A stretch of DNA of 64,000 nucleotides from Ranitomeya imitator. Taxonomy: Eukaryota. Made by a program: the position numbers and the translations under genes. The notes beneath the pieces were generated by a model, which was not told where the DNA came from, did no database searches, and worked only from the letters and a program-made list of their open reading frames with translations. Where the stretch lies: the NCBI RefSeq assembly GCF_032444005.1, contig NC_091282.1, positions 669,228,001 to 669,292,000 on the forward strand, read 5' to 3'. Shown here piece by piece: positions 12,620-23,992 of the stretch (its first letter is position 1; each line of letters starts with the position of its first letter).

Positions 12620-12796
12620 TATACGAAAAAAGGAAAACAGCACTCAAAAAAAAAAAATTTGAAAAAATGGGCTTTAATGCCTGGATGGCGTGGCAACGTT
12701 TCGGATTTCCAATCCTTTTTCAAGCCACGCCGTCCAGGCATTAAAGCCCATTTTTTCTATTATTTTTTTTGTGTGCTGTTTTCCTTTTTTCGTATA
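12620..12796 (-). ncRNA. Minimal type-I hammerhead ribozyme motif (Penelope-like element remnant) inside a long inverted repeat
   Basis: The minus strand reads GGCGUGGC-UUGAAAA-A-GGAUU gga AAUCC-GAAAC-GUU-GCCACGCC. Core at 12695-12723; arms at 12662-12694 and 12724-12756 (one mismatch); outer arms at 12620-12643 and 12773-12796. Confidence 0.7.
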
Positions 12797-12829
12797 TAAA
12801 AAAAAAAAAATATATATATATATATTATA

Positions 12830-13374
12830 CATTCTCTTGATGAGCTTCAAGAGGTAGTCGCCGGGATTGGTCTTCCAACAATCTTGAAGGAGTTCCCAGA
12901 GATGCTTAGCACTTGTTGGCCCTTTTGCCTTCTCTCTGCGGTCCAGCTCACCCCAAACCATCTCGATTGGGTTCAGGTCTGGTGACTGTGGAGGCCAGGT
13001 CATCTGGTGTAGCACCCCATCACTCTCCTTCTTGGTCAAATAGCCCTTACACAGCCTGGAGATGTGTTTGGGGTCATTGTCCTGTTGAAAAATAAATGAT
13101 GGTCCAACTAAACGCAAACCGGATGGAATACCATGCCGCTACAAGATGCTGTGGTAGCCATGCTGGTTCAGTATGCCTTCAATTTTGAATAAATCCCCAA
13201 CAGTGTCACCAGCAAAGCACCCCCACACCATCACACCTCCTCCTCCATGCTTCACGGTGGGAACCAGGCATGTAGAGTCCATCCGTTCACCTTTTCTGCG
13301 TCGCACAAAGACACGGTGGTTGGAACCAAAGATCTCAAATTTGGACTCATCAGACCAAAGCACAGATTTCCACT
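12830..13374 (-). pseudogene. Truncated DD38E (Intruder-type) Tc1/mariner transposase fragment
   Basis: WSDESK ... [42 protein letters not shown] gives 38 residues between D and E. One in-frame TAG at 13139-13141; both ends are missing. Confidence 0.8.
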
Positions 13375-13500
13375 TTAACGAGTCATGCAATATGACTTCG
13401 GATAAAAGCTAAATCAGTAACTCAATTCGCAGACATACATACATACATGCATGCATACATACATACATACATACATACATATGTATGTAATAAATAAATA

Positions 13501-14820
13501 TATATTCCCTGGAACTTTTCAACCTTTTCCCACATCCTGCTTTAATTTTTGGTGAAGAATCAACAACTAGTGGAACACAATTGTGAAGTTGAATGAAATT
13601 TATTGGTTATTTTAAATTTTTGTGGAAATTCAAATACTGAAAAATGGGGCGTGTAATATTATTCGGCCCCTTTAACTTAATACTTTGTTGCACCACCTTT
13701 TACTGTGATTACAGCTGCAAGTCGCTTGGGGTATGTCTCTGTCAGATTTGTACATCAAGAGACTGAAATTCTTGCCCATTAATCCTTGGCAAACAGCTCG
13801 AGCTCAGTGAGGTTTGATGGAGATCATTTGTGAACAGCAGTTTTCATCTCTTTCCACAGTTTCTCGATTGGATTGAGGTCTGGACTCTGACTTGGCCATT
13901 CTAACACCTGGATACATTTATTTGTGAACCATTCCATTGTAGATTTTTCTTTATGTTTGGGATCATTGTCTTGTTGGAAGACAAATCTCAGTCCCAGTCT
14001 CAGGTTTTTTGCAGACTCCCAACAGGTTTTCTTCAACAATGGTCCTGTGTTTGGCTCCATCCATCTGCCCATCAATTGTAACCATCTTCCCTGTCCTTGC
14101 TGAAGAAAAGCAGGTCCAAAGCATGATGCTGCCACCACCATGTTTGACAGTGGGATGGTGTGTTCAGGGTGATGAGCTGTGTTGCCTTTACGCCAAACAT
14201 ATCATTTGGCATTGTTGCCAAAAAGTTTGATTTTGGTTTCATCTGACCAGAGCACCTTCTTCCTCATGTTTGGTTTGTCTCCCAGGTGGCTTGTTCCAAA
14301 CTTTAAACGACACTGTTTATGGATATCTTTGAGAAATGACTTTCTTCTTGCCACTCTTCCATAAAGGCCAGATTTATGCAGTGTACGACTGATTGTTGTC
14401 CTATGGACAGACTGTCCCACCTCAGCTGTAGATCTCTGCAGTTCATCCAGAGTGATCATGGGCCTCTTGGCTGCATCTCTGATCAGTCTTCCCCTTGTTT
14501 GAGATGAAAGTTTAGAGGGACGGCCGGGTGTTGGTAGATTTGCAGTGGTATGATACTCCTTCCATTTCAATATGATCGCTTACACAGTGCTCCTTGGGAT
14601 GTTTAACGTTTTGGAAATCATTTTGTAGCCAAATGAAGCTTTAAACTTCTCCACAACAGTATCACGGACCTGCCTGTCGTGTTCCTTGGTCTTCATGATG
14701 CTCTCTGTGCTTCAAACAGAACCCTGAGACTATCACAGAGCAGGTACATTTATACGGAGACTTGATTACACACAGGTGGATTATATTTATAATCATTAGG
14801 CATTTAGGACAACATTGGAT
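13501..14820 (-). mobile_element. Degenerate Tc1 transposon (Passport-like)
   Basis: Fragments KWKEYHTTANLPTPGRPSKL...LHKSGLYGRVARRK and FQQDNDPKH...SPDLNPIE lie in broken frames; ends are eroded. Confidence 0.8.
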
Positions 14821-14830
14821 CCTATATATA

Positions 14831-16390
14831 GACTGATCAAAAAAATAAAGGGAACACTAAAATCCCACATTCTAGATATCACTGAATGAAATATTCCAGT
14901 TGTAAATCTTTATTCATTACATAGGGGAATGTGTTGAGAACAATAAAACCTAAAAGTGATCAATGTAGAACAACTAATATCCCACGGAGGTCTGGAGTTA
15001 GAATGATGCTCAAAATCACAGTGGAAAGTGAAGTTACAGGCTGACCCAACTTCAGTGGAAATGCCTCAAGACAAGGAAATTATGCTCAGTAGTGTGTGCG
15101 GCCTCCATGTGCCTGTATGACCTCCCTACAATGCCTGGGCATGCTCCTGATGAGGCGACGGATGGTCTCCTGAGGGATCTCCCACACCTGGACCAAAGCA
15201 TCTGCCAACTCCTGGACAGTCTGTGGTGCAACGTGACGTTGGTGGATGGTGCGAGACATGATGTCCCAGATGTGTTCAATTGGATTCAGGTCTGGGGAAC
15301 GGGCGGGCCAGTCCATAGCTTCAATGCCTTCATCTTGCAGGAACTGCTGACACACTCCAGTCACATGAAGTCTGGCATTGTCCTGCATTAGGAGGAACCC
15401 AGGGCCAACCGCACCAGCGTATGGTCTCACAAGGGGTCCGATGATCTCATCTCTGTACCTAATGGCAGTCAAGCTACCACTGGCGAGCACATGGAGGGCT
15501 GTGCGGCCCTCCAAAGAAATGCCACCCCACACCATTACTGACCCACTAACAAACCGGTCATGCTGAAGGATGTTGCAGGCAGCAGATCGCTCTCAACGGC
15601 ATCTCCACATTCTGTCACGTCTGTCACATGTGCTCAGTGTGAATCTGCTTTCATCTGTGAAGCGCACAGGGCGTCAGTGGCGAATTTGCCAATCATGTTT
15701 TGTGGCAAATGCCAAACGTCCTGCACGGTGTTGGGCTGTGAGCACAACCCCCATCTGTGGATGTCGGGCACTCAGACCATCCTCATGGAGTCGGTTTCTA
15801 ACCGTTTGTGCAGACACATGCACATTTGTGGCCTGCTGGAGGTAGTTTTGCAGGGCTATGTCAGTGCTCCTCCTGTTCCTCCTTGCACAAAGACTGAGGT
15901 AGCGGTCCTGCTGCTGGGTTGTTGTCCTCCTACGGCCCCCTCCACATCTCCTGGTGTACTGGCCTGTCTGATGGTAGCCCCTCTAGCCTCTGGACACTAC
16001 GCTGACAGACACAGCAAACCTTCTTGCCACAGCTCGCATTGATGTGCCATCCTTGATGAGCTGCACTACCTGAGCCACTTGTGTGGGTTGTAGAGTCCGT
16101 CTCATGCTACCATGAGTGTGAAAGCACAACCAACATTCAAAAGTGACCAAAAATCAGCCAGAAAAGCATTGGTACTGAGATGTGGTATGTGGCCCCCACC
16201 TGCAGAACCACTCCTTTATTGAGGGTGTCTTGATAATTGCCAATAATTTCCATCTGTTGTCTATTCCAACAGCATGTGAAATTGATTGTCAAACAGTGTT
16301 GCTTCCTAAGTGGACAGTTTGATTTCACAGAAGCTTGATTACTTGGAGTTATATTCTGTTGTTTAAGTGTTCCCCTTTTTTTGAGCAGTG
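14831..16390 (-). mobile_element. Degenerate full-length Tc1 transposon (DD34E, QDNARxH type)
   Basis: TIRs GACTGATCAAAAAAATAAAGGGAACACT and AGTGTTCCCCTTTTTTTGAGCAGTG with TA flanks. C-terminal ORF 15086-15535 contains MQDNARLH...SPDLNPIE. Confidence 0.85.
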
Positions 16391-16434
16391 TATGTATGTA
16401 TGTATGTATGTATGTATGTGTGTGTGTGTGTGTA

Positions 16435-16473
<39 letters not shown>

Positions 16474-16687
16474 TCAGCAATGAAGGCAGCACTCCAAGTC
16501 CTCATGAAGGTAAAAATGTGTCTTTTATTGAACCCACATCTCTGTGCGACGTTTCGGCTCACACTGAGCCTTTCTCAAGACTTGAGAAAGGCTCAGTGGA
16601 AGCCGAAACGTCGCACAGAGATGTGGGTTCAATAAAAGACACATTTTTACCTTCATGAGGACTTGGAGTGCTGCCTTCATTTGCTGA
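16474..16687. repeat. 214-bp near-perfect palindrome of a Penelope-like terminal fragment, with a hammerhead core in each arm
   Basis: Arms 16474-16579 and 16581-16687 surround a single A at 16580, with 2 mismatches and 1 indel. The plus arm reads C-UUGAGAA-A-GGCU cagugga AGCC-GAAAC-GUC. Confidence 0.8.
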
Positions 16688-16782
16688 TTTTTGTATTTAT
16701 GTGGGCAGATGAGTGGACCATTCTGCCCAGGAGGCCAGGCACCCACCGGTGAGCATTGTGCTGTTCCAATTTTTTACGATAT

Positions 16783-16855
<73 letters not shown>

Positions 16856-16861
16856 CACACA

Positions 16862-18469
<1,608 letters not shown>

Positions 18470-18787
18470 TGTATATATAGATAGATAGATATATATATCA
18501 ATTACATGCCCATTTTGCAAGCCGGAAAGAAAATCTCGCCATACGGATGTCATACAGATGTCACACGGATGCTTACATGCAGAAAATCGCATCCTTGCAC
18601 TGCACACAGATGACACATGGATCACTGTTCAGGGAACATTTCTGCGATTGTCGTCAGTGTAAAACGGACCGATTTTGTTTATACTGTATGTTGTGTGTGA
18701 CTCCAGCCTAAAGGAGATCCTCCAACATTAAACATAATGGTATTTTACTTCCTGATCAGAAGGGGTCTTATTGTCAGGACCTTTTAA

Positions 18788-19607
18788 AGGGAACCTGTCA
18801 CCCCGTTTTTTCAGATTGAGATAAAAATACTGTTAAATAGGGCCTGCGCTGTGCATTACAATAGTGTATTTTGTGTACCCTGATTCCCCACCTATGCTGC
18901 AAAATACATTACCAAAGTCGCCGTTTTCGCCTGTCAATCAGGCTGGTCAGGTCAGGTGGGCGTGGTGACATCGCTGTTTCTTCCCCAGCTTTCCGTTGGT
19001 GGCGTAGTGGTGGGCGCATGTCCAAGTGCCGAATCCACTGCACGCAGGTGAAGAAAAAGCGCGCGATCTGCGCTATTACCCTTGTCATTGGTGGGGGCGG
19101 CCATCTTCCTGAGGCCGCGCGTGCGCAGATAAAGATCGCGGCGGCCATTTTCCCAAAGTCGAGTTTGCATCTCGGCTTCAGGAAAATGGCCGCCGCGATC
19201 TCCATCTGCGCACGCGCGGCATTCCGCGGCCATTTTCCTGAAGCCCTGTGCAGCAGAGCACTCCATCTGCGCACGCGCGGCCTCTGGAAGATGGCCGCCC
19301 CCACCGATGACAAGGGTAATAGCGCAGATCGCGCGCTTTTTCTTCACCTGCGCGCAGTGGATTCGGCACTTGGACATGCGCACACCACTACGCCACCAAC
19401 GGAAAGCTGGGGAAGAAACAGCGATGTCACCACGCCCACCTGACCTGACCAGCCTGATTGACAGGCGAAGACGGCGACTTTGGTAATGTATTTCGCAGCA
19501 TAGGTGGGGAATCAGGGTACACTACATACACTATTGTAACGCACAGCGCAGGCCGTATTTAACAGTATTTTTATCTCAATCTGAAAAAACGGGGTGACAG
19601 GTTCCCT
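18788..19607. mobile_element. Kolobok/T2-type MITE, almost entirely palindromic
   Basis: TTAA|AGGGAACCTGTCACCCCGTTTTTTCAG ... CTGAAAAAACGGGGTGACAGGTTCCCT|TTAA with arms of more than 200 bp. Confidence 0.88.
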
Positions 19608-20428
19608 TTAAAAGAACAGGGGCAGCAGCATTTTTTTCCCCTCCACAGCAGCACTGCCATCTATCTGCAGTGTAGGGAAGTGCAACACAGCCCGATGTAT
19701 GTGAAAGAAGCAGCTCCCTGTACAGCAGTGCCACTTTGACAGTAAAAATGATGGAGAATTGACCCCATAACTGAGCGTATTTACTCCATTGTATAATAAT
19801 TGGGAATATCCCTTTAAAATAAAAAAGTAATATTTGCAGATTATTTAATAATACGGAAAATCTGATGGTTCAGAACCTAACCTGTCACTTTTAGGTTGCA
19901 TTCATTTATATCTTCAGTTTTAAAGCTGAAGTCTTAAACAGGTAAAGTTTTACTTTTATTCTTCTTCCACATATGTAGCAAATATTTTGTGTACCTGCCT
20001 GAAATCGGCTGGGGAAGGAGTTCGGCAAGATGGAAAGCCCCCAAGGCAAATGTTAGGATTTTTTTCAGCTTTGTGGTATTGTGCTTTAGGGTAGTGTGGT
20101 GCCACCTGCAGGTCATTTTTCCTTACTGCAGTTTTATGAAAATTAATATTTAAAATGTATTTTGTGATAACATCGTGGATGTGTGGTTTGTTTTGCTATT
20201 TTCTTACTGACAAGTTTACCTTTGAAATGGTGTATCGTGTGTGTGTGTGTGTGGGTGCAGAATGAACGGAGATACAAAGGAATCACAGTAATAGTGTTTT
20301 GAAATAATGTAGAAGGATTTATTTTACAAGTGGATGTAAAGGACATGCTGAGCTAAAACTAGTCTGGCCAGTTTTCACACTTCTAACATGTTAAGATAAA
20401 GCCTAAACTATCTAGAAAAAAGTGCGTG

Positions 20429-22014
20429 TGTAACAACTCTGCTGGCATCACGGCATGGCCTCACATCTCTCACACAATCTTACCCACTGCTCCAGGTCAT
20501 GATGTGGTTTCTGTTTCATGCCAGCTCCATGTTCTGTGTCTCTGCTCTCTGCATGCCTCATGGCTATGTGTATAGGGGGCCGGCGCCTGAACTCTCTGGT
20601 TCTTATAGGAATCGGGTGCATCTGTCCAATCAGTTCATGACCAATTATCAAGAGGCTTCCTGTATATAGTGCAGCTCCACCCTGTGCTCTGGGCCTGTGC
20701 AATGTGTTTGCTCAGTTAGTGTTTTGCTTCTGAGTTTGCCTGGCCTTGCTCTGTGTTGCTCCCTCTCTGGAGGCTTTTCTCTGTGCATTTGCCTTTATCT
20801 TTGTCCGCCCTCCAGGAGGCAGAATATCCTGGTCCCTGTGTCTTTGTCCTTGTGTCTTGTTCCATTGCCTTGTCTGTACTTGGTCTTGTCTCGGTCTCCT
20901 TGTGTGTGCCTTCCTTCCCTGCTGTGTCTTTCCTTGTGTTCTCGGTCTGCTTGCACTCCGCACTCTTGCGGCTCTGCCTGCTCTGCATCTTGGTGGCTTA
21001 GCCGCTGCTCCGCACTTCTGCGGTTCTGCTCCGTCTTGCTCTGCTCCGCTCCCGTTGCTGCAGAAACCTCTTGCTGCAATTCCTCTCTGCAATCCTTGCG
21101 GTTCCACTCTGCTTAGCTTCTGCAGTATCTCTTGCTGCAGCTTCTCTCCACATTCTTTGTGGCTCTGCTCAGCTTTTGTCGCTACGCTACCGCTTGCTGC
21201 TTTTCCATTCCTATCTGCAGTCTTTCATTCCTCTCCTGTGTGAACAGGTCCCTACCTGTTCCTCAACTATATATCCCTACCTGTTCCTTCATCTCACTCA
21301 CAATTGGACTGCACTCGGGTGTCATCTGAGTGCAGCCTGATTCTAATATTTCATCAGCTAGTCCTGTGTTTCCTGCCGTCCTAGCCAGTCCTGTCTCCTG
21401 CCGTCCTAAGTCAGTTCTGTCTCCTGCCGTCCTAGCAAGCCCTGTGTTCTCTGCCGTGTCTCTGCCAGCCCTGTGTTCCAAACTACAAATCTGTACCTGC
21501 ACGTCCAGTGTGAACAGGCCCTTACCTGTTCCTTCATATACCACATCAACCAGTCCTGTGTTCTCTGCCGTGCCTCCCAATCCTGTGTTCCTGCCAGTCC
21601 TGCCGTTCCTGCCCTGCCTTCCAGTCCTGTGTTCCTGCTGTCCTAGCCAGTCCTGTTTCCTGCCGTGTCTCTGCCAGCCCTGTGTTCTCTGCCGTGTCTC
21701 TGCCAGCCCTGTCTCAGCTGTGCCAGCCTACTCGTCTGTGTTCCAGCCGTGCTCTTCTGCCAGTCCTGCCTAATGCCCGCACCAATCCTGGTCTTCCTGT
21801 CTCCCAAGTGGGATCAGCAGCCACAGCCAGACACCACCCTGGAGTAGCACCTGGCAGCTGCCTGCTGCACAAGCCTGTCCTCACCATCAGAGGCTCCAGT
21901 GAAAACCCAGGCAGCTGTCATAGTCACGCCCCTTCCAGGGTAGTCTGGCTTGTGGCACAGTGGGGCCACAAAACCCCCGAGCTCACGCCCACCAGTCAGG
22001 GCGCGAGCGTAACA
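20429..22014 (+). repeat. 5' LTR (1586 bp)
   Basis: Direct repeat of 23993-25580. CCAAT boxes at 20626 and 20641, TATATA at 20663, and an internal CCAGTCCTGTGTTCCTGCC tandem array. Confidence 0.92.
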
Positions 22015-22028
22015 GTTTTGCACAGGCC

Positions 22029-23981
22029 ATGGCCTCCGCTGTATCCCATGTCCTACCGCTCGCAGAGCATGATGAACTTTCTTTCTACCAGTGTGAGCAA
22101 GCTGAAGAATTTGTTCCGCGCTGTGTCGTTCCAATTGAGGAGACCTCGGGCCCAATCATAATTTCTAATGCCCTCTACGATCAACTTCGGGCCTATGAGG
22201 AGGAGCACGACCCAGCTGACCCACCTAGGTTCTATGGGAATCCAGAGGAATGCCAAAGCTTCCTGGAACAGTGCTTGCGCTACATTCTGCAGAATGCAGC
22301 TTGTTTTCCCTCTGACCAGATTAAGGTGGCCTACATCATGTCCTACCTAGCAGGAGATGCGTTATTATGGATTTGTCCCCTCTGGGAAGCAGGGGATCCT
22401 ATCGTCATGAGTCTTGGGGCCTTCCTGGTGGCCTTCCGTAAAGTCTTTGACAAGCTTCGTCCTGCTGCTCCTGTGAAGTCTTCCCCATCTAGATCCGAGA
22501 GGCGCTCCAGACGGGCGAAACCCGTGAAGAAACCTCCACGTCAAGCCATGACTGTCTGTGATCCTCCAGTTCCTCTACCCGTTAAAGCAGCTACTCTAAT
22601 AGAACCCAAAAAGACTGTCAAGAGTGGACTGGCAAAGCATCAGTCTAAGACCAGTCGTAAGAAGGGCCTACTATGTCGCTGCTGTTGTGAGGAACACCTG
22701 GAAGACCTCTGTCCAGGGGATCTAAAGCTCCAAAACCTCGGGCCAGTAGGAGAGACTGCCCTTGGTGAGAATAACTCCCTTCCGCTAAAGTCTGAGTCTG
22801 TTCCAGTGCCTTGTGGGAGCTTCGGTCCTGCAGATGTGTTAAAGCTGCTAACCAGACGGAGTCTAAGTGTGATTCCTGTTCCACTGCTCCAGAATCCTGT
22901 GAAGGTGTTTGGTGATTGCCGAGTCCTACTTATGAACAGTCCAGTGTTGAAGGGACAACTACAGCTCCAAATCGGAGCATTGTATGCGGAGAGATTTGTT
23001 TTCCACTGGTTGACCAGTCCGCCCGTCGGTCGTTCTGAACCGGATACTCTGCTGCCCGTTCCGGTCCAAAGACCCAGCGTGGTTCTGCGTTTGGAACTAT
23101 CAAGTCTCCAGAAGTTTCTTGTTCCTAAACTGCTAGGTCAATCTACAGTGTTGATATCTTCTCCACCTAATCAGCTGGCTATTGAGTCACAGTGTGCTGA
23201 CCTCACTGAAGTAAAGAAAGCAGTGGCGTCCTCTCCGTACACCTCCAGTGACCAGTTCCCAGGAACATCCCTGTCACTTAAAAAATTTTCCCTGAACTTT
23301 GGGAAGAAGATGCTTCCTGTAATGATGCCTTCAGATTCCATGTGGCAGGTGGATGAAGAAGTTGAAGCTGAAGCTCTTCCATCTCTGTTCTTCACCAGTC
23401 CGGAGGAAGAGATGGTCCAGTTTTGTCTGAGTAACAAGCTGATGGGGCTTCCTGAATGTATGTCTTCTGCTTCCAAGTGGCTACTTGATACTAAGACAGA
23501 GACTTACTCATCCTCTAATCTAGAAGAGGAGGTCCAGTTTTTTCAGGGTACCAGGCTGAAGATGTTTCCTGTATGTATGCCTCCAGTTTCCATCTGGCTA
23601 TTTGGTGAAGATCCCAAGACAGAAGTATTCTCATCTCTGCTTTCCACCGGTCTAAAGGAGAAGGTCCAATTTTCTTGTAATGATGGGCTTAAGTTGGATC
23701 CAGTGAACGTGTCTTCAGTTCCCAAGGAATCACATTATGTTGTGGTCAAATCGCAAGCTTCCAAGTCCCTGCTTTCAATTAACCAGGTGAAAGAAGTCCT
23801 GGCCCTTGTGTCTTCTGTGTGGGAAGCTGATCGTACTGGACTCAAAGAGACTGAGCATCCTGAGATCTCTAATGTCTCAAATACCTCATTCTACGAGAGG
23901 AATGTTGTGATGGCTATGACTGTGTGCTCCTATCCTTCTTCTACAGGTTGTTCTGGCGGGCTTGAAGAGGAGGGGCCGTAA
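22029..23981 (+). CDS. Gag-like protein with long C-terminal extension containing degenerate ~40-aa repeats (650 aa)
   Basis: GCCATGG start 14 nt after the LTR. Capsid-like block PPRFYGNPEECQSFLEQC...VAYIMSYLAGDALLW...FLVAFRKVFD (PEG10/RTL1/sushi-type) and variant zinc knuckle CRCCCEEHLEDLCP. No PR, RT, RH or IN motifs. Confidence 0.8.
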   Translation: MASAVSHVLPLAEHDELSFYQCEQAEEFVPRCVVPIEETSGPIIISNALYDQLRAYEEEHDPADPPRFYGNPEECQSFLEQCLRYILQNAACFPSDQIKVAYIMSYLAGDALLWICPLWEAGDPIVMSLGAFLVAFRKVFDKLRPAAPVKSSPSRSERRSRRAKPVKKPPRQAMTVCDPPVPLPVKAATLIEPKKTVKSGLAKHQSKTSRKKGLLCRCCCEEHLEDLCPGDLKLQNLGPVGETALGENNSLPLKSESVPVPCGSFGPADVLKLLTRRSLSVIPVPLLQNPVKVFGDCRVLLMNSPVLKGQLQLQIGALYAERFVFHWLTSPPVGRSEPDTLLPVPVQRPSVVLRLELSSLQKFLVPKLLGQSTVLISSPPNQLAIESQCADLTEVKKAVASSPYTSSDQFPGTSLSLKKFSLNFGKKMLPVMMPSDSMWQVDEEVEAEALPSLFFTSPEEEMVQFCLSNKLMGLPECMSSASKWLLDTKTETYSSSNLEEEVQFFQGTRLKMFPVCMPPVSIWLFGEDPKTEVFSSLLSTGLKEKVQFSCNDGLKLDPVNVSSVPKESHYVVVKSQASKSLLSINQVKEVLALVSSVWEADRTGLKETEHPEISNVSNTSFYERNVVMAMTVCSYPSSTGCSGGLEEEGP

Positions 23982-23992
23982 AGGGGGGGTAC

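Noticed and set aside
18871-19443. 134-190-aa ORFs in the palindromic MITE
   Set aside because: GC-rich inverted repeats give mirror ORFs on both strands; no transposase motifs.
20697-21773. Many Cys/Leu/Ser-rich 80-190-aa ORFs on both strands, repeated at 24261-25607 and similar at 51634-52494
   Set aside because: They arise from low-complexity C/T-rich LTR sequence lacking stops; no recognisable domains.
21960-22028. N-terminal 23 aa of the 673-aa ORF
   Set aside because: It begins at a GTG inside the LTR; the ATG in GCCATGG context at 22029 is the more plausible start.
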